Of a DNA stretch of 32,308 nt, positions 1-9,299 are shown piece by piece. Numbering within the stretch: position 1 is the stretch's first letter; every line of letters starts with the position of its first letter. Under the pieces are notes generated by a model that was given only the letters and a program-made list of their open reading frames with translations, ran no database searches and was not told where the DNA came from. The stretch is from positions 1-32,308 of IMG/VR virus record IMGVR_UViG_3300020274_000016; one strand, 5' to 3'. The position numbers and the translations under genes were made by a program. This DNA comes from a virus (taxonomy: Duplodnaviria; Caudoviricetes).

Positions 1-1052
1 ACAAATAATGAACCAATCTCTAATCCTGAGAATGCACTTGCTGTAAGAACACCTGATGACTCGGATACTTCTGATCCAACTACTATTCTACCTGCTGAGT
101 CGTCCCAATACACAGCAGCTTTCTTTGCAGATCCACTGTAGTAATTGAATACAACACCTACGTCTTTATTTGTGTCACTGCTTAGTGCACCTCCATCAAC
201 TACTTGTAATTCAAGTAAGACATCTTCAATGGTTGTATTGACAGTGTTCAATGAAGAGGTGGTGCCATTTACTGTGAGGTTACCACTAAGTGTAAGACTC
301 GTCCCATCTATAGTTCCGACTGTGATGTTAGGTGTGCCAGTCAATCCACCAGAAGTTCCTGTTGTATTCTGAGTGCCTGCCTCATTGACACCTGGCAAGT
401 TGATGTTTGCTGTACCATCAAATGATACACCACCTATTGTCCTTGCGTTCGCTAGTGCTGTAGCAGTTGCTGCATTACCTGTACATGATCCTGATGACCC
501 AGAAGCATTACCAGTCACATTACCAGTCAGTGCACCTGCAAATCCTGTCGCTGTCAAAACTCCTGATGAGGAGTTGAATGTAAGATTAGATCCAGTCTTA
601 GGTTCAATGTCTCCTGTAGCAGAGACAGAGAATAAAGGGAAACATGTAGTGTCACTTGACTCATCTGCAACTGTGATCTCAGTTACAGCACCAGCATTCT
701 GAGGTGTAGTGTCAAATGAAAATTCACCACTCGCATTACATTTTAGGAACCCATTATTTACTGCTGCTGCAGGCATTGTATAAACTTGATCATCCCCTAA
801 TGCAGCAGGTGCCTTGATGGTAATAGCACTTGCACCATTATTTTGTGCCTCTACTAATTTGACACCTGACGCATTACTAGCGTCACCCTTTTCCCAAAAT
901 CTTCCTGACCCAATAAATTGGTTATTAGATGTTGTAGAGTCTATACCAACATAGAGATCGTTTTTATCTACAGTGAAACCTGGTTCACCTGCCTGTAAAC
1001 CTGGCAAACTCGCTAGGTTACCTCTCTTAAACTGCAATACTGGAGCTGCCAT
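1..1052 (-). CDS. Tail fibre / receptor-binding-type protein, partial (runs off the left edge; absent from the ORF track)
   Basis: Hand translation from ATG at 1052 is open for 350 codons to the edge: MAAPVLQFKRGNLASLPGLQAGEPGFTVDKNDLYVG (QxKRG..GEPG..D..LYVG, the Mtd-N/hyaluronidase-N-like anchor), then G/T/S/A/N-rich shaft with the fibre motif TGNAATATALANARTIGGVSFDGTANINLPGV. A late promoter lies just upstream. Confidence 0.85.
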   Translation of the reverse strand, partial: MAAPVLQFKRGNLASLPGLQAGEPGFTVDKNDLYVGIDSTTSNNQFIGSGRFWEKGDASNASGVKLVEAQNNGASAITIKAPAALGDDQVYTMPAAAVNNGFLKCNASGEFSFDTTPQNAGAVTEITVADESSDTTCFPLFSVSATGDIEPKTGSNLTFNSSSGVLTATGFAGALTGNVTGNASGSSGSCTGNAATATALANARTIGGVSFDGTANINLPGVNEAGTQNTTGTSGGLTGTPNITVGTIDGTSLTLSGNLTVNGTTSSLNTVNTTIEDVLLELQVVDGGALSSDTNKDVGVVFNYYSGSAKKAAVYWDDSAGRIVVGSEVSESSGVLTASAFSGLEIGSLF

Positions 1053-1074
1053 CTGTGCTTAAATACCTATTTTA

Positions 1075-1081
1075 TATTTAG
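1075..1081 (-). promoter_or_regulatory. T4-type late promoter (CTAAATA)
   Basis: Plus-strand tatttag reads CTAAATA on minus, in the short intergenic gap 22 nt upstream of the fibre ATG. Matches the gp55-type late consensus (TATAAATA in T4, [A/C]TAAATA-like in cyanomyoviruses). Confidence 0.7.
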
Positions 1082-1083
1082 AA

Positions 1084-1509
1084 TTATGACCAAGTGCCTG
1101 CGTCGAGATCAATTTTATCATCTAATTGAACATCAAGGGTATCGACGAGGTTGTTTATAACAGTAGTGCTAAATCCTATAGGACCTGATATAGGTCCTAC
1201 TGCAGAATCGACAAGGGCATCAGGAGAGATAAACTTGAAATTATCCTCAGTAGCATCATAAGTCAAGATAAAGTTAGTACCTATCCCTGCACTTATCGCA
1301 GTCGAGTTAATATCATTGATGTCTCTTAGATTTGCCACTTCTTCCCCTTCAGCAGAAAATACGGTTCTTGATTCAACTTGTTTTACGACAAAGAACTCAG
1401 TATCCTGTTGGATATCAAATTCTTCTTTGGTTCTAGAAAATCTGACGGATGGTTGTGCACCTATATCATCGTCAGCATGTGATGAACTTTGGTTGATAAG
1501 TCCAGACAT
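1084..1509 (-). CDS. Hypothetical acidic protein, probably virion/tail-associated (141 aa)
   Basis: Packed between structural genes (1 nt gap to the upstream gene). Ends in DLDAGTWS, resembling the DxDxGxF/W C-terminal motif of fibre-associated phage proteins. Confidence 0.65.
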   Translation of the reverse strand: MSGLINQSSSHADDDIGAQPSVRFSRTKEEFDIQQDTEFFVVKQVESRTVFSAEGEEVANLRDINDINSTAISAGIGTNFILTYDATEDNFKFISPDALVDSAVGPISGPIGFSTTVINNLVDTLDVQLDDKIDLDAGTWS

Positions 1510-1510
1510 G

Positions 1511-1852
1511 TCATATAGATGATGTGGGGTTTACTAAAACTTGTCCAGTAAATATTTTAGTTTTTACACCAGAAAAGTTATTAGTGATTAGAACATCATA
1601 CTCGTATCTACCAGAGGTTATAATACCAGTTTGAGCACTTGTCATAGTCAACGTAAGTTGACCGTCAGATGGCGTGGAACCATGAGTTGCAGCGAATCCA
1701 ATAGACCCTGCTGCACCAGCATGTTTTCTCATCTTCGCAGAAAAACTAAACCCAGTAAGGTTTAGAGGAGAATTATCTTGCTTCTTCACATCGAATGTTG
1801 AAGAGAAGTTTGCTCCCTGTTCTATTTGAATATTGACTGATGGAACTGCCAT
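1511..1852 (-). CDS. Small beta-sandwich virion structural / tail-fibre adaptor protein (113 aa)
   Basis: Pattern NIxIEQGAxFxxTF..PLNLTG..AKMRK..GxLTLTMTxAQT..GRYxYDVLIT..G.VLVNP, recognised as a conserved cyanomyovirus Ig-like structural protein family. Confidence 0.75.
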   Translation of the reverse strand: MAVPSVNIQIEQGANFSSTFDVKKQDNSPLNLTGFSFSAKMRKHAGAAGSIGFAATHGSTPSDGQLTLTMTSAQTGIITSGRYEYDVLITNNFSGVKTKIFTGQVLVNPTSSI

Positions 1853-1856
1853 AATC

Positions 1857-2069
1857 TTATTTATTCTGTTCGTAAATTAATTGCTTCAGCAATTCAATCT
1901 CGCCTCTCAACCTGTCTATCTCATTTTTTTGAGATAAACGTGCAGTCTTATCATTCATGTAGCGTTCATACGCTGCGTGATCAGTGTTTACTATCGCTGA
2001 TGTCCTTACATCCCTCTTTAGATTTGGATGGTTTTCTACCTTCATCCTTTTTGATTGGGTATGTTTCAT
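1857..2069 (-). CDS. Conserved hypothetical protein with C-terminal coiled coil (70 aa; alternative start 2045)
   Basis: KVENHPNLKRDVRTSAIVNTD motif followed by heptad EIDRLRGEIELLKQLI. GAGG lies upstream of the 2069 ATG. Recalled as typical downstream of the DUF4815 gene in cyanomyoviruses. Confidence 0.75.
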   Translation of the reverse strand: MKHTQSKRMKVENHPNLKRDVRTSAIVNTDHAAYERYMNDKTARLSQKNEIDRLRGEIELLKQLIYEQNK

Positions 2070-2118
2070 CGAAAGTTCCCTCTAGAATTTCTGCTGCTAG
2101 TGACCATGCGTTTATCAT
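1981..2118 (-). CDS. Small hypothetical protein, 45 aa (not in the ORF track)
   Basis: MINAWSLAAEILEGTFDETYPIKKDEGRKPSKSKEGCKDISDSKH*. The ATG overlaps the upstream stop as ATGA (2115-2118). The 3' part overlaps the next gene in another frame. Confidence 0.55.
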   Translation of the reverse strand: MINAWSLAAEILEGTFDETYPIKKDEGRKPSKSKEGCKDISDSKH

Positions 2119-2252
2119 ATTTTTTTAGGATCTTGACCAGGTTCTTGTGTGTAAGGTTTGTCACCAGGTAAATTTTTCATTTTTTTACCTAGTTTTTTAA
2201 GAATGTCACTTATAGGAGTAAGTTCTTCTTTGAATTGTTTGAATGTTTTCAT
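2115..2252 (-). CDS. Small Lys-rich protein, 45 aa, with capsid-targeting-sequence-like N-terminus (not in the ORF track)
   Basis: MKTFKQFKEELTPISDILKKLGKKMKNLPGDKPYTQEPGQDPKKI*. Start is coupled to the DUF4815 stop (TAATG) and stop is coupled to the next ATG (ATGA). MKTFKQFKEE resembles T4 internal-protein CTS MKTYQEFIAE. Confidence 0.7.
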   Translation of the reverse strand: MKTFKQFKEELTPISDILKKLGKKMKNLPGDKPYTQEPGQDPKKI

Positions 2253-5200
2253 TATGCCACAGCGATTGCTTGGAAGTCAAGCAACTCAGCAGGTGTTGCT
2301 TGGTTTGTTGATGCGATTACTATTTTCACTTGGAAACCAGTGAACAATGGTAGATCATCTTGAGTGAATTCATATTCTAAGAATTGATCCTCAAGACTTG
2401 CTACAACATTTGTATCAGCTCTTCCATTATTATTGTTTGGATTGATAACAAAACCTGCTGCGTCAAGGTTATCAAAACCTGGCATCAACTCAAACACCTT
2501 ATCTATCTCATCACCATCTGCTCTCTGTAATCTATACAAACATCTAATGTCTGCTGACGCAGGTCTCATTGCTGCAACTTTTACCTTAAGTGATGATGCA
2601 GGTGTGTCAAGTTTGATAACCTTTGTTTGATAGATGTTCTCATGTGGATCATCCACTTTATTTACCCTACCACTTGAGGCGTAGTCTCCTACAGGAGAAT
2701 TGATTCTTGAACTTCTTGTGGTAATATTACTTTTGAATGCATCTATGACAGGTGATAAATCTTCATTGTTCGAGTTCATAGAGACTTGCAACATGAATGA
2801 TTTATTGCCTGGTAGTTGAGATAATTGTGCTTCCTCATTAGCAACTGATGCAACCATTCTAGTCTCTGTAAATACAGTTTCATTTACAAGTGACAAATTA
2901 GTGAACCCTGTGTCTACAAAAGAATTTTCACCACCACTTACACTGGTCGCAGTTATTGTTCTAATACTTGCATTGATATCTGTGCCAGGTGGTAGACTAT
3001 GTGATACTGTCGGTGTAATAGCATCAAACATTATATTTTTTGTAGCTCTTCCTTTTACTCCCCCACCAAATTTATCTTTAGAGAAGAATTTAGTACCATC
3101 AATTTTTACATGATATGAATCAAGAGTTACTCTGTCTTCAATTCCAGATGTCACATTTATAAGTGAATGAGTTTTGTTTATTTTTCTAAGTGATACTCCA
3201 GACAATTCATATTTTTGTATTGGTGTGCCTACAGAATAAGTTCTGGGTGATGAATTATCTATTCCACGAGTTATGGTACCACTTAGTTGATTTACTCCTA
3301 CAGAAGTATATTCTATGATTTCATTTCCTATCATAGCATAACCAGGATTACTCGCTGTTACTTGCTCTCCCTCAAAGAAACTAAATCCAATGCTACTCGC
3401 TACAGATACTACACTTGTCTCACTCACCCCATAAGATACGGTTGTTTTGGTTGCAACTGAATCACCAGTTATATCAGCGATAGTCACTGTGTTATTCACT
3501 GCATGATTACAATGATTGATATGACTAACTTTGAAGTGCGATCCATCATATTGATCTGTATTTGTTGTCACTGTAGCAGGTATGATGTTAGGTAAAGTTG
3601 TTCCGTCACTTATAATAGTATTCGTGGTGTCGAATGTTCCTGTACCATTTGTCAATACAAGAGCGTTTGCTGCTGTGGTTACACCGACTGTTATCTTAAG
3701 ATCTTGACCTAAACCTTTAACTCCGAGAGCAGCAGTGAGTATATCACCCACTTGATATCCACTTCCCGTATTGCTCCCTTTGACTGTTACGCCAGTTATT
3801 TGACCTGATGAAACAGTAACAACTCCAACTGCACCTGATCCTCTACCTGTCAAAGCAACCAAATCAACTGAACTGTATACAGCATCTTCATACCCAGTTC
3901 CAGAGTTTGTTATGGATAAGGTATTTCCAGCTTGTGAAAGGTGTGATAATTTTTCAGCAACAATACCACTGGCATCTGAATTAGATGTTTGTGTTATAAC
4001 AGATCCAATGTCAGTGCCTGTTGCGATTGATGATGTAAGTCCAACAACGACCCTTCTAGAAAATGTCTCTATTGGATTATCAGGCAGTTTGTTTCTATTA
4101 TCAAAAATGTTAAGTGCTGGATTATAGAAGTTGACTGCACCAGAATTTGTGGTAAATTTTGCTCTCCTTAGGGTATATTTCATATCCTCTAACTGAGAGG
4201 GTGTCCATGTGCCAGCAGTTTGACCTTTGAATAGTGATCCAAGAGTAGGTTGTTTTGTGACTATTACCTTACCTAATTCTGATTGATCTGCTGTTGTGAT
4301 ATCTTCCTCTCCTATCTGACATATCCATTGGTTATAGTCTGATGTCGCTGTAATAACAACAAAGGCATATTCACCTAGAGGTAGATAAACAGGAGATCTA
4401 AATGTAAATGTAGTTGGAAGAGAAGCATCTGGTGATACATTCACTTCACTAGGATTTTTGACTACGATACTATGCTTTCTTACATTTCTTGAAGGGTATC
4501 CATTGACCACATCAACTACACGTAATTCAAGAGGTATGGTCTCTGATTTTGTTGCAAAAAATAAATCAACAGATGTTATAAAGATACCATCACTCTGATC
4601 AACTTGAAATGTCTGTGCTAGAGGGTCATCATCTTCTTCTTGCTGTCTTAGAATATTTGTTATATTTGTTATATTTTGCGTAATATTCGTTATGAAATTT
4701 ATAACAGGTATTACTGGTTCTGGTTCAATTCTTACAAGAGTATTATCAGTGACTAATGTGCCTTCTGAAAAATGATCCGCACTAGCACGACTAAAGTTTA
4801 TACCTGGCGTTTGTGGATCAGTTGGTCTTAAACTTGATACCAATGCAGTGTTTGTACCGTTTATAAATTGCCCCTCTCTAATATGAAGGCAACCTATCAA
4901 AGCACCCTTATCATCACTCACTAATCTGAGTTGATCTACTACAGCACCTGCACCACTTGATTCACCTACCAATACCATACCTTCTTGTGCAAATCCAAAG
5001 AAATTGGAATCAGACATCTGTGACAAAGATTTAGTATCGATATTTAATACTGTAGTGGTCTCAGCGTACGATGATGACAATCCAACATTTGCCTCGTATG
5101 GGTTGTTTTCAAATACGACTGTAGGATTATTGAAAGGACCGTCTTTATGATTTGGTGTCGCTAGTCTAAATCTAAGAACCACAGCATCAGTGCCAGCATT

Positions 5201-8200
5201 AGTATCAGGTATTAATCCGATCACACTTTCACCTATTTGGAACGCACCAGTTACAGGTGTTACCTCTAAAAGTTTGGGTATAACATCATTACGATTCTCA
5301 ATCATGTCCACACCTGCAAACGAAATATAGTGATTCGTGCCTGGTTTCAGACGAGTGCCAACAAATTCAATATTTTGCTCTCTCATATCTGGTATATCTC
5401 TTTCAGTGACGATAAGATCTGTACCGTCAGAGAGAGATAGGAAATCGCCTAATTGCTGTGCTTCATTTACGATAAAAACATCAGAGTCTGGATTGAGTGC
5501 AAGATTACCTGCCCAGCTTCTTATCATGTATGGGTTTACGTTTTCTACTCTTGTTGCAAATGGTTGTATTCTCTCTACAACTTCCTCATAATCAAGTGTG
5601 ATTAGATCTCCAGTTTTCCTTACATTTGGATTACCAAAATCAGTTACATACCTTGGGTCAACAGATAAATCTGGTGCACCGTTCGTGCCCACAATACTAT
5701 TAGAACCAACAAGCAAATCAATAGAATCTGAATATTTGCGTGAGACGAGTTTTCCTTCATTAATATCGTATTTAAGAAATGGAACTGTTTTATCAGCTAC
5801 ACCAAATGAATCGAAGGGATCTACGACAAAACCATTTTTAAACCTATCTAAACCTGTAGTTGGATCAGTAATAACTAAACTCTCAGTTTTAGATTCGAGT
5901 AATGATAATGTGGTTGAGTCCTCTAGTTTTTCAATTCTAGTTTCAAGAGCACCAATATCTTTCATGGTGTATCTTTGATTTGCACGGAAAGTAATTTTTA
6001 CTTCACGTTTTGCATTAAAGACATAAGGTGGATACTCTATTTTAGCTAATTCAAAAGCATTTGGTATAGCTTCTGGTTGAACGGGTTTGACAGCAGGTTC
6101 ACCCTGTTTTATAATGAAATTTCCGTTTCTTTGAAGATACAACCTATCTATTCTAGAAAGATAGTGTTTGTAATCAAATGTTATGTTTTCATCTGATACA
6201 AGAACTCTCGCAGCTTGACCAGCACCTGAAAAATCTCTTGAGTCAAATTCAAATGGTGATCTACTACCACTGTACGGAGCTACTCTAGGTCTGAAATCAA
6301 CCACATCAGTATTTCTTATCTCGTCAAATATAGGCACAATGTCATATTCACTTGCATCGTAACTACTTGCTGTAATCACATCACCAGAGTCTTCAGAATT
6401 TATAACATAATGGTCAAAATATATCTTCAATCTACCCTGTGGTTCTGGGAACCCTTGTTTGCGTACAAGTCTACCAAAATCATAGAACTCTGATCTTTGT
6501 CCACTATCGAGTCTATAATTTGCTCTTATATTATTGTCACCAGGATTTACATTTGACAGTATTGCTCGAACTCCACTCTCCTCAAACTTAACCTCTTCGC
6601 CCTCTATAAAAGGTTTATTATTTTTAAAAATTATATCAACTTTTGTGGTAGAACTTCTTCCAAGAACCATGGCAGCACCACCAGAACTGACACCAATACC
6701 AATTTCACCTAAAATAATATCAGTATTATTAGCATTAGGTCCATTGTATGACCCAAGTGTAAGTTGAGGAATCGTTGGGTCTGCGTTTCCTGATGACTCA
6801 AATACAGCAGCTACAGAAACCACATCTGGAACATCTAAAGATATTTCTCTATCTTGTACACGTTTACCGAATGCAGAGGCAAATGTAAGACCATCTTGTA
6901 AACCAGTAGATATTCCTGAGTTTGATCTATTTGAACCTGAGACGATGAGAGTGGCACTTCTTGTTAGATTTTTTACTTTTGATTTTACTTTTGATTTTTG
7001 TTGTGTGCTATGCACTACAACATTATTACTTTGACTAGCTGTCAATCCTGATATTGTCACACCTTTAGCACCAGTTGTAAGTGTTACTTGATCAGTTGTA
7101 AGTGATTCAATAGATCCATCGTTGTATATGACTGTATATCTCTCCTCGTCAAATGGTGCATAAACAAAATCAGTACCTGTCAAGGATGGCATGGTCAATT
7201 GACCGTCACCATTTGTGCTAAGTCCTGTATCTTCTACTCTTACTTGTAAAAGAGAATCAGTAAGATCTACTGATTCAATCCCTTTATTAGGTAATTCAGC
7301 ATACAAGAATCCACTCTTAGAATTTCTTATTTTGCCCGATACAATTTTTAGGTCGCTTACAGTGACAGTCGAACCAGGAAGTGCCTTATGACATACACCT
7401 GATACTGTGTTAGGTGCTGCTACAACAGTTACATTATTGTTTGTTGCACTCACAGCACTTACAACGTTGAATGTCACATCTGTAATACCGCCAAGTTTGT
7501 ATGATATAACATCACCAACTTTGAAATTTTTTGTCCATCCAGCTGTACCACTGGTAACCACACCACCACTTGTGATACTGAATGATCTACCTGTAAGATC
7601 TTTTTTAGTTTCTAATATAACATCAGCAGCAAATGTTCTAGACGCTGCTGTTGATCTGACTGATTTTACATCACTTAGATCAAACTCAGTTATAGCAGTG
7701 ATTATTCTACCATTTCTTTCACCATTTATAATTAGTTGCTCATTAGTAAGAAACTTACCTGCCACTTGATTCAACACCACAGTTGTAGAACCTGAAACAC
7801 CAGATTTCAAAAATCCTCTTGCACCAGAACTTGCTCCCTCTATAACAGCAGGTAGTGCTATTGTGTGTGACTGATTTATTGTTAGTGATACATCTGTTTG
7901 AATATCAAATAACATCAATTCAAAAACACTTACATCTCCAGTATAGCCAGCGTTTTGTAATTTGAAATCATATATTCTTGCTCTTCCTATTTCTGTCAAT
8001 GCTGATGATCTAGTAGATCCTAATCTTTCTTTTTGAAGAGACACATAGTCAGAATTTATAGCGGACAACTTTATCTGTGCACCGTTGAGCACATTATTAA
8101 GTCTTAGTTTATTACCTGCCTCAAATGGTACAGCAGATGACTCAACGAGTCTGGTTGTTCTAGGTTTGTCTACATCAATATGTCTTGATCCATGTGTTTT

Positions 8201-9295
8201 TACTTCATATCCTTTTACGTACGCTTTACCAGGTCCTATCCTAATATTCATCAAGTCTTTTGTAGGCACATTACCTTGATCTGTAATCTGTTCTGGAAAA
8301 TAAGTACCGAATACGTCTACCCTATCATTTAAGCATTCTTTCGCCTCTAAATCAAATCTATCAACATAGTAATTACCACTTTCGTCAAATGTTCTTCTTG
8401 CAAATTCTTTAGCTAACTCACTGTATATTGTGGTATCTACAATTTTTACAGTAATACCCTCTTGTATACGTTGTAATTCTATAAAGTTCTCATCTTGATA
8501 ATCATCTAATTCTTTCTTAATAAGAGAAACACTAAGCTTGAACCTATCAGCACCAGGAGCAGTGTAGTTGGAGAATCCAGCAGCATTATCGTATAAACTG
8601 TTATCATCAACAGCAGTGACAATTTCCTCAATAACATTTAAACCTACTCTATATGATGCGAATGGTTCATATTGATTTAGTATTATTGTTTCTGGATTTA
8701 CTTCAACAAAAGATCCACGAACAAACCACACACCTCTTGTGATAGCAAAAGCAGATCCAACATTCGTTGCATTTGAATTGATTGCTGTGGCAAAGTCTGA
8801 CCCATTTGTTATAGTTGTCAAACCGTAAGTGAAATCTTCAAGTGTTGTAAGAGTTTCACCATCTAAAAAACTACCTGCCAAATAATCATCAGAATCCTTT
8901 TCATATTTGATATAAAGTGTAGTATCATTAGTTTCTGATGCAGCAGCAGACAATACCTTTACAACTTGAGCGATGACACCAGTAGTTTTGCCTTGTATTC
9001 TTAGACCAACAAGTTTGTCATAGTACAATTCTACAGGAACACCAAAGAATGTAGATTCTACTTTGACAGATGTATATTGACCATCATACTTGAATACACC
9101 AGGTATGACCATCGATCCTTCTTTGAAGAAGTGTTTACCAAATTTTTCTATCTGTCCTTGCAAGATAGATTGAAGAGTTGTTAGTTCTCTTGCTTGTATT
9201 GGACTGCCAGGTTTGAAAAGGACTTTATTGAAATTCTTTGATGAATCAAAATCATCAAAATATGGACTGACATTTAGGTTGGTGTTCTGTGGCAT
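2252..9295 (-). CDS. Giant DUF4815-type virion structural (baseplate/tail) protein, 2347 aa
   Basis: N-terminus NLNVSPYFDDFD..KVLFKPG.PIQARELTTLQSILQ.QIEKFG.HFFKEGS; internal APGADRFK, ARRTFDESGNY, DRFKNGFVVD, DPLAQTF..GIFITSVDLFF motifs. Lies directly downstream of gp8. Confidence 0.85.
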   Translation of the reverse strand: MPQNTNLNVSPYFDDFDSSKNFNKVLFKPGSPIQARELTTLQSILQGQIEKFGKHFFKEGSMVIPGVFKYDGQYTSVKVESTFFGVPVELYYDKLVGLRIQGKTTGVIAQVVKVLSAAASETNDTTLYIKYEKDSDDYLAGSFLDGETLTTLEDFTYGLTTITNGSDFATAINSNATNVGSAFAITRGVWFVRGSFVEVNPETIILNQYEPFASYRVGLNVIEEIVTAVDDNSLYDNAAGFSNYTAPGADRFKLSVSLIKKELDDYQDENFIELQRIQEGITVKIVDTTIYSELAKEFARRTFDESGNYYVDRFDLEAKECLNDRVDVFGTYFPEQITDQGNVPTKDLMNIRIGPGKAYVKGYEVKTHGSRHIDVDKPRTTRLVESSAVPFEAGNKLRLNNVLNGAQIKLSAINSDYVSLQKERLGSTRSSALTEIGRARIYDFKLQNAGYTGDVSVFELMLFDIQTDVSLTINQSHTIALPAVIEGASSGARGFLKSGVSGSTTVVLNQVAGKFLTNEQLIINGERNGRIITAITEFDLSDVKSVRSTAASRTFAADVILETKKDLTGRSFSITSGGVVTSGTAGWTKNFKVGDVISYKLGGITDVTFNVVSAVSATNNNVTVVAAPNTVSGVCHKALPGSTVTVSDLKIVSGKIRNSKSGFLYAELPNKGIESVDLTDSLLQVRVEDTGLSTNGDGQLTMPSLTGTDFVYAPFDEERYTVIYNDGSIESLTTDQVTLTTGAKGVTISGLTASQSNNVVVHSTQQKSKVKSKVKNLTRSATLIVSGSNRSNSGISTGLQDGLTFASAFGKRVQDREISLDVPDVVSVAAVFESSGNADPTIPQLTLGSYNGPNANNTDIILGEIGIGVSSGGAAMVLGRSSTTKVDIIFKNNKPFIEGEEVKFEESGVRAILSNVNPGDNNIRANYRLDSGQRSEFYDFGRLVRKQGFPEPQGRLKIYFDHYVINSEDSGDVITASSYDASEYDIVPIFDEIRNTDVVDFRPRVAPYSGSRSPFEFDSRDFSGAGQAARVLVSDENITFDYKHYLSRIDRLYLQRNGNFIIKQGEPAVKPVQPEAIPNAFELAKIEYPPYVFNAKREVKITFRANQRYTMKDIGALETRIEKLEDSTTLSLLESKTESLVITDPTTGLDRFKNGFVVDPFDSFGVADKTVPFLKYDINEGKLVSRKYSDSIDLLVGSNSIVGTNGAPDLSVDPRYVTDFGNPNVRKTGDLITLDYEEVVERIQPFATRVENVNPYMIRSWAGNLALNPDSDVFIVNEAQQLGDFLSLSDGTDLIVTERDIPDMREQNIEFVGTRLKPGTNHYISFAGVDMIENRNDVIPKLLEVTPVTGAFQIGESVIGLIPDTNAGTDAVVLRFRLATPNHKDGPFNNPTVVFENNPYEANVGLSSSYAETTTVLNIDTKSLSQMSDSNFFGFAQEGMVLVGESSGAGAVVDQLRLVSDDKGALIGCLHIREGQFINGTNTALVSSLRPTDPQTPGINFSRASADHFSEGTLVTDNTLVRIEPEPVIPVINFITNITQNITNITNILRQQEEDDDPLAQTFQVDQSDGIFITSVDLFFATKSETIPLELRVVDVVNGYPSRNVRKHSIVVKNPSEVNVSPDASLPTTFTFRSPVYLPLGEYAFVVITATSDYNQWICQIGEEDITTADQSELGKVIVTKQPTLGSLFKGQTAGTWTPSQLEDMKYTLRRAKFTTNSGAVNFYNPALNIFDNRNKLPDNPIETFSRRVVVGLTSSIATGTDIGSVITQTSNSDASGIVAEKLSHLSQAGNTLSITNSGTGYEDAVYSSVDLVALTGRGSGAVGVVTVSSGQITGVTVKGSNTGSGYQVGDILTAALGVKGLGQDLKITVGVTTAANALVLTNGTGTFDTTNTIISDGTTLPNIIPATVTTNTDQYDGSHFKVSHINHCNHAVNNTVTIADITGDSVATKTTVSYGVSETSVVSVASSIGFSFFEGEQVTASNPGYAMIGNEIIEYTSVGVNQLSGTITRGIDNSSPRTYSVGTPIQKYELSGVSLRKINKTHSLINVTSGIEDRVTLDSYHVKIDGTKFFSKDKFGGGVKGRATKNIMFDAITPTVSHSLPPGTDINASIRTITATSVSGGENSFVDTGFTNLSLVNETVFTETRMVASVANEEAQLSQLPGNKSFMLQVSMNSNNEDLSPVIDAFKSNITTRSSRINSPVGDYASSGRVNKVDDPHENIYQTKVIKLDTPASSLKVKVAAMRPASADIRCLYRLQRADGDEIDKVFELMPGFDNLDAAGFVINPNNNNGRADTNVVASLEDQFLEYEFTQDDLPLFTGFQVKIVIASTNQATPAELLDFQAIAVA
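4653..4692. repeat. Short in-frame 9-bp tandem repeat encoding TNI repeats
   Basis: atatttgtt x2 plus partial and degenerate copies; protein reads FITNITQNITNITNIL. Confidence 0.6.
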
Positions 9296-9299
9296 CGTA

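Noticed and set aside
940-1052. Mtd-N-like N-terminus as a hint of a diversity-generating retroelement
   Set aside because: No reverse transcriptase or template/variable repeat pair is visible; this anchor is common in ordinary fibres.
1176-1199. Short repeated/inverted taggacct-aggtccta sequence
   Set aside because: Lies in coding sequence (VGPISGPIG) with no T-tract; explained by the repeated GPI peptide.
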